Positions 14,271 to 26,710 of a DNA stretch of 64,000 nt are shown one piece after another; position 1 is the stretch's first letter, and every line of letters begins with the position of its first letter. The notes under the pieces are model-generated. The model had not been told where the DNA came from. It saw only the letters and a program-made list of their open reading frames with translations, and made no database searches. The stretch is from Octopus sinensis (taxonomy: Eukaryota), in NCBI RefSeq assembly GCF_006345805.1, contig NC_043017.1:23932001-23996000 (forward strand), given 5' to 3'. The position numbers were made by a program, and so were the translations under genes.

Positions 14271-14336
14271 CTGATATTTACATGAAGAATAATACTAAAA
14301 CAATCAAACAAAATACATTCTGTAAGCTTTCCATAT
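14271..14336 (-). other. Candidate 66-nt exon of an unidentified host gene
   Basis: Minus strand reads TTTGCAG|ATATGG...ATATCAG|GTAAGC. One frame is open (YGKLTECILFDCFSIILHVNI); another reads MESLQNVFCLIVLVLFFM*IS. Confidence 0.3.
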
Positions 14337-14487
14337 CTGCAAATTTGCTTCCAAACTAACAATACATACATTTAAAGAATGCTGCCAAGAAATATAGGAA
14401 GTACTCTTTTGAATAGAGATAATGGTACGGGAAGAAACATTCATATACATAAGTTATCCACACAGCATAACACATATTTAATATATA

Positions 14488-15831
14488 TGGTGTATTCCAG
14501 AGGTTTGGGGATGTTTTTTTTAGGAAAGGCAGGTGTAACTGTCCTAGATTATTGTAATCTTAGTATATTATTACTATACATCTAATAAGTTGATCTCCCA
14601 GCAATTTTTATTCCAGATTGAAGGAGACAGCTGTAAAGGTACTTTGAACACACCCTACTAAATACTACTTTCCACAGGTGACTGGTTTGCTGAATGTAAT
14701 CAGGACAAGAAGACAATTTGGAAATTTGCTATGCAGTTAAGTTTTGTGTTAAACTGGACAGAATGCTAGAGAAAATTATGAAATACTCCAGACTGCTTAT
14801 GTATTAACTTGTATGAACCAAGCATCTGTTTTTCACTGGCACAAGAGGATAAGGATAATAGAGAGGAGGTGAGAGTTGATGCAAGGTATGGGAGTGAGAA
14901 GAATGTCAGAACATCAGAGCTGGTTAAGAAAGTCCACAATTTTCGGGATGAAGACAATCGTGTGTCTGTAAAGATAATTAGCATACAGTTTGGAGTTGGA
15001 GTGGCAAGTGTTCTCAGAATTATTCATGAAGATCTGGACTTGTGCAAAGTTTATTCCCAGGGTGCTCAATAGTGAAAAGCAGGAAAGACATGTTGATGAC
15101 AGCAGGAAGACGGTTGAGCTCATTTCCTCCAATCCATGGGTACTTGAGTCTCTAACAACTCGTGACAAAAGCTGTATCTACTGTCATAATCCAGAGTCCA
15201 AGAGACAGAGTGCCCAGTAGAAGCATCCTGGCTCCCTCAGACCAAATAAGGTTAGACAAAGCAAGTCCATCTGGAAGCTCATGATGATCATCTTTTTTTG
15301 ATAGCAAGAGCATCATCTACTTCCATTTGGTTCCATCTGACCAAAGGGTCAACAAGAGGTCCTTCTTGGAAGTTTTGAGGGAGAGATTCTGGAGGTTTTG
15401 AGGAAGAGATTTTGGAGGTTTCGTGGCAGAGATTTCATTGCAAAAGGCCAGAGCTCTTCCACTCAGGTCAATGGTATCTGCACCAGTCTACAATTCCATC
15501 CAGGTAATTACTTGACTGAGATTGGCATGAAAATTGTCCCTCCCCCTCCCTACAGTCCAGACCTTACTTTCTGTGACATTTTGTTGTTCCTCAAGCTGAA
15601 AGAGCACCTCAGGGACAGTTGTTTTGAAGATATTGAGAAGATGGAGGTGTGACAAGACTCCTGGATACCTTTAATTTGGAGGGCTTCCATATGGTCTTCA
15701 GGAAGTGTCTGGGGTACTACAAGTGGATTGAAGTCAGCAGATCCTATTTTGAAGGTGATTAGAGTTTTGTACTTCCATGAAATTAATAAATGTCACTCCT
15801 TAAAAAGCCTCAAAACTTCTGGAAGGCACCA
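14488..15831 (+). mobile_element. Mariner (DD34D-type) transposon, decayed, ~1.34 kb
   Basis: Imperfect TIRs TGGTGTATTCCAGAGGTTT and AAACTTCTGGAAGGCACCA within TA runs. Motifs AVKFCVKL, CAKFIPRVL, TTRDKSCIYCHNPESKRQS, KLMMIIFFDS and PPYSPDLTFCD. Confidence 0.85.
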
Positions 15832-16184
15832 TATATATATATATATATATATAATAATGATATAAATAATATATAAATATATGCATATATGCATACGTAT
15901 ATGTGCATACCTTCATACATATGTATATATACATGCATATACGAGTACAGGACATCAAAAGAACCTCAACAAAAGGAGAAACGAGAACATAAAAAACAAA
16001 AACATAGAAAACGAAGTTTTTTTGAACAACGAAAGAAACAAATAGAGAAATGAGACAGGAAACAAAGTACATTCCCTTCGTCAATTGTCCCTTGTTTTAT
16101 CTACTCCGTGTATATATATATATATATATTTAAAAGGTTGTTTGTTATGGCCACTCAGAGAGTAACCATTTGTTTCACACCTAT

Positions 16185-16492
16185 TGGCATGTAAAAAGCC
16201 CCATCCGACCGTGGCCATTGCCAGCTTCGTCTGGTCTCCGTGCCAGTGGCACGTAAAAAGCACCATCCTATCGTGGCCATTTGCCAGCCTCATCTGGCAC
16301 CTGTGCCGGTGGCACGTAAAAAGCACCCACTACACTCACGGAGTAGTTGGCGTTAGGAAGGGCATCAAGCTGTAGAAACACTGCCAGATTAGACTGGGCC
16401 TGGTGCAGCCTTCTGGCTTCCCAGACCCCAGTTGAACCGTCCAACCCATGCTAGCATGGAAAGCGGATGTTAAACGATGATGATAATGATGA
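16185..16492 (+). mobile_element. RTE-type 3' tail (short retrocopy)
   Basis: Repeated GTGCCGGTGGCACGTAAAAAGCACC units, TTAGGAAGGGCATC, CCAACCCATGCTAGCATGG and a (GAT)n end. Reverse-complement homolog of 37105-37624. Confidence 0.75.
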
Positions 16493-17759
16493 AAGTGCTT
16501 AGCTGTATAAGTGATTCATCAGACTCCAATGGCCAGAGGCACATAACCTTTCTATAACTGGAGGTTAATTTTGTAACAGAAAAAAATCTGGAATGAAATT
16601 CTACTGACAAAACCTTGGGTGAGGTGGAGTTATATAGCTTAGATTGGTTTCTGTTGCACCAAAAATGGCTGATGATGTAATTGCATAAACCTGAATACCT
16701 GCCTCCTCAATGGTATATCTCTTTCTAAAGCATTAGTCTATTGAGCTATAAAACTATACATAAGAGTGAAAAAGCTATATAGGGTTACCAAAAATCCCTT
16801 TGAAAATCGTCACAATATATGAATGAATTCAGACACTTAAAATGACACCTCACTATCCAAACATGTTAGAAACAGTGTTGATATTAACAATTATAAAATT
16901 CATTAGTCCATTAAAGAACATAAGCTTCATCCCTCCTACATTAATGGCCCCAGATGTGATCTCTCTCTTGTAGAATTGTAAGATTCTATTACAGTGGCTT
17001 ACAATTTTAAACAAAAGATTGTAATTGTCCATTCTATTTCTATTGAATAGATTGTTATCCGTTCTCCATGGTTAACAGGTGCTCTCTTGTTAATAGAGGT
17101 TATCAAATTTCTTTCACCCATCTAACTTGTTTTATATCTTTATTTCCATGTAGTACCTCTGGCAATTGCCTTGTCTGGTTGACTAAACAAAACTAGGAAA
17201 TATCACTGGCATCTCTGATGTTTACAGCGATACGTGATAGAGAATATCTTCAGTAATAACTCTAGTTATCTATTGCATTTTGAAGAAAGAACAAAGTTGG
17301 CAACTGTTTCTTGAATGATGGTGACTCAATTCATGAGGTCTGCAACTCATGAAATATCAAGTGACTTGTGGTACCAGTTATAAAAATCAACAAATAAACA
17401 AATGGTTTCTTGCCCTTCACAGACAAGAATGTCAAAAGTCTCTTGGGTTTTAAATACTGAACTGTTTGGACATTGTGCGAGTATGGTTGATCAGAGCAAA
17501 TAGTTAAGATGGTGGAACAATTACAAAGCTGATGTCATTGCAGGTATTATGTCAGGACACAAAGAGCTGGAAGCAATACCAAAAGGTATCTCACTCAATC
17601 TTCTAATAGTTTTGTAAACCCACCATTCTTAACTGGCAACTATTTTATTAATCTCAAAAGGATAGAAATCAAAGTTGACTTCAGCAGGATTTGAAATCAG
17701 AATGCAGAAAACTAAAACAAAGAAAAATTTCTCTGATGATCCATACCTTTTAATAGTGC

Positions 17760-18460
17760 ACTGATACCTTTAAAACAATGAGAACACAGACCTTTACCAA
17801 CTACAAGTTTACATTCATGGATGCCTGTTGTATTAGCACATCCACGGTTAATCTGATCTTGGTATCCTTAACTCTTCAAGTTGGTCTCTCATCAGATGTA
17901 ATGAATGTTTTTCTGGAACAACAACACTATATCACAGATGTTTCATCAGTATTATACACTTGTTCTGCTGTTAAATTTTTATCAGTGGTTATCTTTGCAA
18001 ACTCCTCCATAAATTTCTGGACTGCTTTATAATCAACAGATATCTTATCGCCACAAACCTTTAAATATTTTAATGCTATGCTGTTTAAATTTTTGTAACT
18101 AACCTTATGAATATTCAGTTATATTCAGTTCATTAGCTGGATTTGCTTGTTTCATGATTATCACTCCATTAAGTAGTGTATGTTCACTCCAACATTGACA
18201 AATTCATTCCATCAACACATGATCAAGATCTTGATTTTTTGCTCTGTGCAATGTGTTCTTTTTCTCCATTAACTTTTGTTCATTACTTTCAGAGTAGAAC
18301 TTCAGCAGTTTATTTTATTTCTTCAGGACATACATAGTGGTTGTTTCAATACCAAATTTCTCAGATTATTCACACTTACTCTACTGTCAAATTTTTTCAA
18401 CAATTTCACTTTCTGTAGTATCAACAAACTTAAATGATTCCTTTTTTTCTTATTTATTAT
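17760..18460 (-). pseudogene. pogo/Tigger (jerky/CENP-B-like) transposase remnant
   Basis: Minus-strand fragments KKRNHLSLLILQKVKLLKKFDSRVSV (Psq-type HTH), LQKFK and KNLTAEQVYNTDETS (first catalytic Asp motif). Confidence 0.78.
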
Positions 18461-18469
18461 ACATAGGAA

Positions 18470-18663
18470 TAGGCAGTGAGCTAGTGGAAATGTTACAGAG
18501 CCAGGTAAAATGCTTAGAAGCATTTCATCCATTTTTATGTTCAAATTCTGCCACGGTCAACTTTGCTTTTCATCCTTTTGGAGTCAACAAAATAAGTACC
18601 AGTTGAGCACTGGGGTCAATGTAATCAACTAATGCCCTTCCCCAATTTAAAATTTGAAACCAA
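18470..18663 (+). mobile_element. SINE family B
   Basis: GGCAGTGAGCTAG head, GTTCAAATTCTGCC and AACTTTGCTTTTCATCC. Confidence 0.7.
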
Positions 18664-19209
18664 TAATACATATAGGAATATCAGTAAGTCTATTTAGGAT
18701 TTTTAACAGAGAGTAGAACATAAAACATGTGTTAACAAATGCATGTTATAGCTACAACAGCTGCCAGTAATGAATAGGCATCAACTTAACTAAAGTTGAC
18801 AAGCCCAACCCAATGTAGATTATATCTCTCCTAACAATTGCTAGATTGAGGTATGACTTACAATGGCAATAAATTTCCAGAAAACCTTTCTGAAATTTTC
18901 CTCTATGACACTTCTCAAACTTGAAAAATTCTTGAATTTTGGATAAAAAAGTTATCCTTTATAATAATAGATTTAGCTACTTGTCTGATCAATCCTGACT
19001 GAGAAAGCACATGATCAAAACTGTTGAAAATTTCAACATTTTTTATGAATTAGGTATCATCACATCAGATACACCATTCCAGACACACACACTTGTAGTG
19101 GAGTACAAGAGACCATCACATTTTTGCTATATAGTTCTAACCACATGTGGGTCATTGGTCATTTTTTTCCCTTTGCCTTCCTTTTTTCTTGGACTTTCCT
19201 CCATCTCCT

Positions 19210-19244
19210 GTTTCTGACGAAGAGCTTTGCTCAAAACATAAAAC
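19210..19244 (+). ncRNA. Degenerate type I hammerhead ribozyme motif in a Penelope pLTR-like repeat
   Basis: GTTT-CTGACGA-A-GAGC-TTT-GCTC-AAAA-CA-TA-AAAC. Helix I and II pair, but the core GAAA reads AAAA. The downstream flank resembles the 34705-34840 repeat. Confidence 0.6.
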
Positions 19245-19850
19245 TACCTTTCTTTCCTTCTCTAAGCTTCTGCTAATATTTTACATGTACCACCTCCTCA
19301 CATTGTTGTTTTTTTTCTTCTTGAGAAAAAGAAAAAAAAATATGGTGATATCACGTTTACATTCCCCGCGAACAATGTCGTGTAGATCAGCGCTTTGAAA
19401 TTGAGTAGAATAAAAAAAATCCTTAACATATAAAAACAGGAAACTTGCTCCAAGAAATATCAATCCAGGCTATGCCTGCACGGAAAGCGAACATGAACAA
19501 ACGAAAAATATACATCTTAGTAGGTGTCTCCACCACAGACGAGCATAAGTAAAATAGAGAAATGTTACAGAATTGGTGTCTAGCTTGTTATTTACAAGTG
19601 ACCGCGTTTGTCTAGTCTAAATCTCCAGCGCATACAAATAAGGACCATGAATAGATTGCGTAATCAATGAGTCTAGCGCACACAAGGACATTACATAAAA
19701 AGAGAAAATAGGAGAGAGTGACTTTCGCGGGGCAACATGGAAGTGAGGACACGAAGAAATGCAAAAACAGTAGCATCCTCTTTCCTCAAAAGATGCAAGG
19801 AAAGACGGATGCATCAGATGCTATCTTGTAAAATATAACAGATAGAAGAG

Positions 19851-19851
<1 letters not shown>

Positions 19852-19942
<91 letters not shown>

Positions 19943-20230
19943 GCAAAAAGATTTGAAGAGAGTTGCAGAAATAGAGGAAAGGAATTGAATGGAATAACTC
20001 ATCCAAAACTGAAGAATTTGAGTTTTTAGTATGGGGAAAACGCGAATGAGACAAACAGATGTGGGCATGTATGTGATGTTGAATTTATTCAGTTAAATAA
20101 ATAAAGAAAAAAGTAAGAAAAGAGAGAAAGAAAGAAAAGGAAGGAGAGAAAGAAAGAAAAGGAAGGAGAGAAAGAGAACGAAAAAGAAGAAAAGAGAGAA
20201 GGAAAGACAGAGAAAGAAAAAGAAAGAAAT
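19852..20230. repeat. (GT)n(GA)n microsatellite plus GA-rich polypurine tract
   Basis: Directly visible: GT then GA runs at 19852-19939, and A/G-rich repeats at 20103-20229. Confidence 0.9.
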
Positions 20231-20592
20231 TGCAGGTACTATAAAGTTATCAGTGACTTATCTTCGTGCATTTAGGTTCTCACATCAATATTTGCAACAA
20301 TAAAGTATAAAGATGCATGCATGTGCCATCATGATTAAAAGCTTTTAAATAAAGGTTAAAAATATTTACAAAAGCGGTAATAACATCGTATTCCGACGAA
20401 CAAGGATCCTATTTAGAGCCGCATTATAGATCCCTGGGCAAATCAATTCAGAACCCTACAGTATTTATTCCCTGTTAGAATTGGAGCCCTAGATGCATGA
20501 GGCCACCAGGAAACTATCCGGTGTGCCCAAGCCTTAAGACAGCAACTAGCTCTACTTCACCCCCTTTAAATAACTAACTAACCAGAGAACTC

Positions 20593-20872
20593 CCACTCCG
20601 TCGGTTACGACAACAAGGGTTCCAGTAAAACGAAACAGCCTGCTCGCGAATTCAACCGGCAAGTGGCTGAGCACTCCACAGACACTCGTACCCTTCACAT
20701 AGTTCTCAGGGAAATTCAGCGTGACACAGAATGTAACAAAGCTGGCCCTTTGAATTACATTTTAGCCAACCGAATGGGCTGGAGCAACGGGAAAGAAAAT
20801 GTCTTGCTCAGGGACACAAGGCACCGCCGGGAATTGAACTCCCGACTTTATCACTAAGCCACGCGCCTTCGC
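20593..20872 (-). mobile_element. tRNA-derived SINE, family C-related
   Basis: CACTCCGTCGGTTACGAC and GTGGCTGAGCACTCCACAGACAC are shared with 28561-28948. Confidence 0.7.
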
Positions 20873-20905
20873 AACTTTTCAGGGAAAGACAAACGCATTA
20901 CACTA

Positions 20906-21281
20906 CTCTTTTACGTGTTTCAGTCATTTGACTGCGGCCATGCTGGAGCACCGCTTTAGTCGAGCAAATCGACCCCGGGACTTATTCTTTGTAAGCCCAG
21001 TACTTATTCTATCGGTCTCTTTTGCCGAACCGCTGAGTAACGGGGACGTAAACACACCAGCATCGGTTGTCAAGCAATGCTAGGGGGACAAACACAGACA
21101 CACAAACATACATATATACGACAGGCTACTTTCAGTTTCCGTCTACCAAATCCACTCACAAGACATTGGTCGGCCCGAGGCTATAGCAGAAGACACTTGC
21201 CTAAGATGCCACGCAGTGGGACTGAACCCGGAACCATGTGGTTGGTAAGCAAGCTACTTACCACACAGCCACTCCTGCGCC
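20906..21281 (-). mobile_element. SINE family A, full length
   Basis: Minus strand starts GGCGCAGGAGTGGCTGTGTGGTAAG, with B box GGTTCAGTCCC. CpGs are intact. Confidence 0.88.
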
Positions 21282-21960
21282 TACATTATATAAGAATTTT
21301 GAAGAATTGCAAAGCGTTCTGCAGATAAAAGTATTGGTTCTATTTGCATTGAAATTTGCTTATTTTTAGCGCATGTAAAGAAAGAAGGAAAAAAAAGAGA
21401 GAAGAAAATTAAACGAAGCGTCAAATATTATTTGAACGAAGTGTTTGTTTCGGATCGCAAAGTACGAAGGAGGGAGAAAGGAATGCGAGCAGTCGCAGGT
21501 ACTTTCACTAATGAAATGTCATCAAAAAGGCCGATCTACGTAATTTTCTCCGCTTATCACCCATTACCAACCAACTCCATCTCCAACAAACCATTAACTA
21601 CCATCGGTCTTTTCTCTTTTTCTTGTATATGTTTCTTCTCAGTCATTTATTTGCGAATGTATTATTTTTATACATTGTTACCATTTTAGATACAGAGAAA
21701 AATAAAATAGATTACGGCAACAACTTAAAAGATTATTCTTTCAAGTTACATATCCTGTAGCATGTGCTCGCTGCCCTGAACAGTTCGTTTTACTGTATTA
21801 TCAACAGTGCGAGTAACTGGTGCATGTTTAAGAATAAAATGAGTAATAAATATAAAAACAAAACTAAAAAAAACGAGACATCTGAAGTAAAGGGTGCTTC
21901 ATCTGTTATCATTCCAAACCGTACTAGAATATATCAAATATATTTGTTTTTCAGGTAGAT

Positions 21961-22003
<43 letters not shown>

Positions 22004-23149
22004 AAAGATTATATTTATTATCAGACATGTAAGCAGTAAACAAAATGTTGAAACGATATACCAACATAGGAAAAGATTAAATATCAATAAAAGAAAAACA
22101 AACAGCGGGTATTAAATGGACGAGAGAATATATGAAAATAAAGAGATACGCAAACAGGCGGAGTTTCAGTAGAAGCGCACTACTTAACCAGCCGTAACTT
22201 TTTAATTTATTTGTCTTCTAAATAGTATTTTCATTTTTTTATTTTTTTTTCATTTTGCGAAAATACGTTTTAAACCTGAAAGGTAACGATTCTCGAAAAA
22301 TATTCAAAACGTCGTTTAAATCCCACCCTCCGTTTGTAACGTTTGAATCAGATATTTCGATTTCGAAAAAAAAAAAAAAATAGAGAGAGAGAGAGAAAAT
22401 CAAAAATGATTTTCGAAGTCGAAAATGGAGGTTGGGTAATTAACAGATTATTTTTCAATTTGAAAAATTTCTATTTTGAACGGTAAACTCCGAATGCTCG
22501 ATAACACGAATCAGACACACGGACACATGAATAAAAGCAATTTGTAATTGAATAAAGTCAATGTGTGACATTGGATTTGAACTCCTGTTTTGTTTTCAAA
22601 TCACGGTTTGGCTGCCAGCATTTCAAAGATTAAAATTTACAGAAATTTTTTAATTTGGCACAGTAATACACTTACCCAAACTGAATTGCTGGAGTTACTT
22701 AATTTTTTTTTTTCCAGAAAAATGTTTTAAAAAAAGTTAGAGGGGTTTAAACTTTGATCCTTTTCACCCAGTCAAGAAACAAGATTTGGAAATTGCCGCC
22801 ATTTTGTGTCGTCAATATCCTGAAAATAGCACGTGGTATCAATATTTGTAAAGAACACGAGTTATGTCTCCGGTAATTTTTTTTTTCGTGTAAATAAATG
22901 TTTGTTAATTTAAAAGATTTATCCAAAAAATCTTATTGAGCTGTTATTTTTTAGCACACAACACAACCACCTCAATCAATACTCAATGATAAAAAGAAAC
23001 GAGTAAACATTCAATATGCATTTACAACGTTATATGCGATGACAATGTTCCAAAAGATGTACATGTTCATGTGTTATATATAAAAATAAGAGTGAACAAA
23101 ATATGCTTAAAAAACAAACACTTAACTTTCGGTTTTAATTTTTTAAATA

Positions 23150-24356
23150 GGATCTTTTCCTTTTGATGGACGGAATTTCTAGTTAACTAAACAATTTGAA
23201 ACTTCGTATACTGGTAGAATGTGTCAAAAGAAAACATTATTTTCACTTGGCTTTTTTGAGAAAATTGTAATTTTTAAGTTTAACGTAGTTTAATTCTTCG
23301 AATTTTAACCAATGAAATGCCAGCATTTGAGCTCAAATCACTTGCTGCGTCTAAAAACTCAGACAACATCCTGTTGCAACGTAAACAGCGCGCACACACA
23401 CACACACACGTGTTATTCATCCTTCTCTCTTCTGTCTGTCTCGCTCATCGAAATTGATAAACAAAGGAAGGAGCAGGCATGTGCTAGAAATAACAGCCAT
23501 ATCTCTTAAATCGATGAATTTCGTCGCCCAATAAAAATATTAACGATATTTATTGAATATTTTCTTAATTTTTTTTTTACCGAAAAGGCTTCTCCCATGG
23601 TTTTGAAGGGCCAAAAACAACAAAAACAAAACAATAATATGCCTAAATCGGTCTAGAGGGTGCGCGTGGAGTGTGCATCGTATTGTAAAAATTTGCGAAA
23701 TATTTTTTCATAAAAGGATGCCCCAGCTTGTCGGAGGCTGTGATATAAATTGGGAAAAAAATCCTCGACACCAGTGCGTAATTGGTACTTAATTTATCGA
23801 TCCCGAAACGATGAAACATTGACCCCCCACCCCACCCCTTCTGGTTTATTTACCTTTTGTGTAAACTTGTTGCGGCAAGGGGCAAAACACAGAGGGGACA
23901 AAGCATGAGATACAAAGGTATTAAGTCGATTCTATCGACACCAGTGCGAACTCACGAACGTGTATGTATATTTCCGTCTATATGTGTGTGTACGCTTATA
24001 TATTAATTACTATGTGCTTGTGCAAATGTATATGCATGTATTTGAGAGAGAGAGAGAAAGTGACAGAGTGTGTGTGTGCAAGTGTACGTGTGTATGTATC
24101 TGAATATATGTGTGTGTGTGTATGCGTCTCCTCGTTTGTTTATCAATATCGATAACGCAGCAAATGATTTGAGCTCAAATGCTGGCATTTCATTGATTAA
24201 AATTCGAAGAATTAAACTAAGTTAAACTTACAAATTACAATTTTCTCAAAAAAAGCCAAGTGAAAATAATGTTTTCTTTTGACACATTCTACCAGTATAC
24301 GAAGTTTCAAATTGTTTAGTTAACTAGAAATTCCGTCCATCAAAAGGAAAAGATCC
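23150..24356. mobile_element. Long-TIR non-autonomous DNA transposon (Merlin- or MULE-like)
   Basis: ~200-bp TIRs starting GGATCTTTTCCTTTTGA. Exact 8-bp TSD TTTAAATA at 23142-23149 and 24357-24364. The superfamily assignment is inference. Confidence 0.85.
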
Positions 24357-25049
24357 TTTAAATATCCTCCTCTCTTTTCAATGTTTCCATAATAGAAGCA
24401 AAGTTACTGGAACTTGCTGCCATAATCACACAGGACACAGCGTCAAATTTGTCAGCACGTGCTTCCTGGCAGAGAAAAGACTTTTCAAAGACTGCTCGGA
24501 TTCGCTTGTTACTATGGCAACAGGCACGTTGAGAGACAAAAGAGTTCTCATGTTCCGCTCCTTACTATCGAAAATGGCTAAAATTACCAAAATTTTAAAA
24601 CTTTAATTGCCAATAACTCTTTATTTATTGATTTATAGTGAACTTTATTTTCACGTCATTAATTAGCCTATATCAGTGTATCATTACACTGAATATGAAA
24701 TCAATTCTGTTCGAATTGATGCTGGCAGCCAAACTGAAGAGATCCCTAATCACAATTCAATCACGGTTTGATGTGCATAATCGAGATCTTATCCAATGAA
24801 CGGCTGTGGTTCACGTGATAATTTTGTAGCCTATCTGGAACTTTCCGTGAGCAAAGCCTATAAAAACAGTCAATAAAGACACCAATTTCACAGAATGTCG
24901 AGACGTGTCCGAGCCTGTATGACAATCTCCACTCTCGCCAAGTTTAGAGTGTCTTGGGCCGAGCTTCAAATTACACTCTCTTCTAATGGCTGCATATTCA
25001 TTCGAAGATATCAAAGAAGACATGACACGGCATCTTTATATTTGCTTAA

Positions 25050-25360
25050 CAAATAAAGCGCTGGGATTTGCACTTATATAGAATAGACTGCTGAGCACAT
25101 TTTATGAAAATGAGACTACCATGCACACATACGAAACAATAGTTATATCTTCTTAGTATATAATGGTTGGAAGTTTTACATTATCTGAAAAGTCATTAGT
25201 TGAACTATTAGCCCTTTTGCATTCTGGGGTCTTTCGGAGCGTTTAAGTGACATTAGACCCCAACAAACCCTGATAAATTAAATGCATCTATCTGGACCAC
25301 GATCGTGGCCTGTCGACTTGAGTCTGACGGCCACGATCGTAGCCTGTCGCGCTTTATGTG
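25050..25360. mobile_element. piggyBac-type MITE, second family
   Basis: TTAA|CAAATAAAGCGC ... GCGCTTTATGTG|TTAA, with a subterminal direct repeat CCACGATCGTRGCCTGTCG x2. Confidence 0.72.
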
Positions 25361-26039
25361 TTAATATGTCATAACCAGCCCACGTGTCAAACTTCGAACA
25401 GACATTTTCCTTGCATGTCATATTATATTTACTCCTTACCGTTTCCATAAAATATAATGCATGAACATCTTTTCATACTAATGCAACACAATAAATTATG
25501 TTCAAATGCTTATGCAGTGTTATGAATTTACTACAGGAATTTTTCTGTTAATTTGGTTTTATATGGGAACAACACGCAAATATCCAGATTCCCATCAACA
25601 ACAATTACAAATGAACAACGTAAAAAAATGAAATCACTAAAAACGATATTAAAATAAAGCAGAATATATGATTTTTCGTCAAATTCCGAATGATTTATTT
25701 GTAAAATATTTTGTCTAAAAGACAATGATTTATTTGTAATTCTTTAAATTTATATTTCAAATTTATTAATTCATTAATGTATTTTCTATTAAATCTAGAA
25801 AGTAAAATAAAACGTTCACTTAAGGTTGTAATGTCTAATCCAGTCATGAGTCAATTCCGGCCCGCAGGACTTCCTAAATAGCACGCCAACGAAAAATTAC
25901 CTTTTTTTTTTTCTTCTTCTTGTGCAACCCTCCTGACGATGAGTCATGTCTCATGCGGCTCGCTAGTCTCTATGGGTTGTTCATTAGGGTGGAGCGAAAA
26001 AAGGTACTTTTCACACAGATTTTCGAAATATGTTTTCAA

Positions 26040-26710
26040 GAATTTTTTTTTTTTTTGCGAAATCTTTAAAAATAAGAGTGTTAAAATCTCAAGCTCTAAA
26101 ATATATATCTTCAGACTCCGTAACATACTTGAAATTTCGAAATTATGTTTAATAGACTTTTCTTTTATTATTTCTAATACTAGGTCACCGAGGTCTAAAT
26201 TACACACACAAATTTTCAAGATTGTGGCAGGAAAGATAATTCTTCTTTGGCAAAAGGCATCCATCCCTTGTATTACGATTGAGTCAGTTAAACCGAAAAT
26301 CTTAAACTTTACTGCCATAGAAGGGTGACTATGATCTGGCCGATCTTTCTAATAAACATCTGAACGTTCTATTTAGATACTGCTTGATCTATTTCGCCAA
26401 TGATCATTTTCTGATTTGTCCGTTGATCCTGTAAAAAAATCTTGTTCTCTCTGTGGTACTCTTTTGTCTTTACTACAACTGCAGTTTTTTAAAGGAGTTG
26501 CACTTGCAACAGGAAATGTCAAATAAATCTTTTGTTGCATTGTTTTTCAACACATTATACTTTGTTTGAAACGATGGAACATTTTTCTATTTTTCACAGA
26601 TTTTAGTAATGCTTGGTACTTTAGATAAAAGTTTAAGATCTTCGGTTTAACTGATTCAATCGTAACACAAAGGATGGATGCCTTTTTCTACTACAATCTT
26701 GACAATTTAA
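26040..26710. pseudogene. Fold-back relic of a DNA transposase N-terminal region (Cc8K15.2-like; superfamily uncertain, possibly Sola)
   Basis: Plus strand: KIILLWQKASIPCITIESVKPKILNF. Minus strand, frameshifted: KPKILNFYLKYQALLKS, KDLFDISCCKC, CSCSK, RVPQREQDF, LQDQRTNQKMIIGEID. The family name comes from recall, not a search. Confidence 0.6.
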
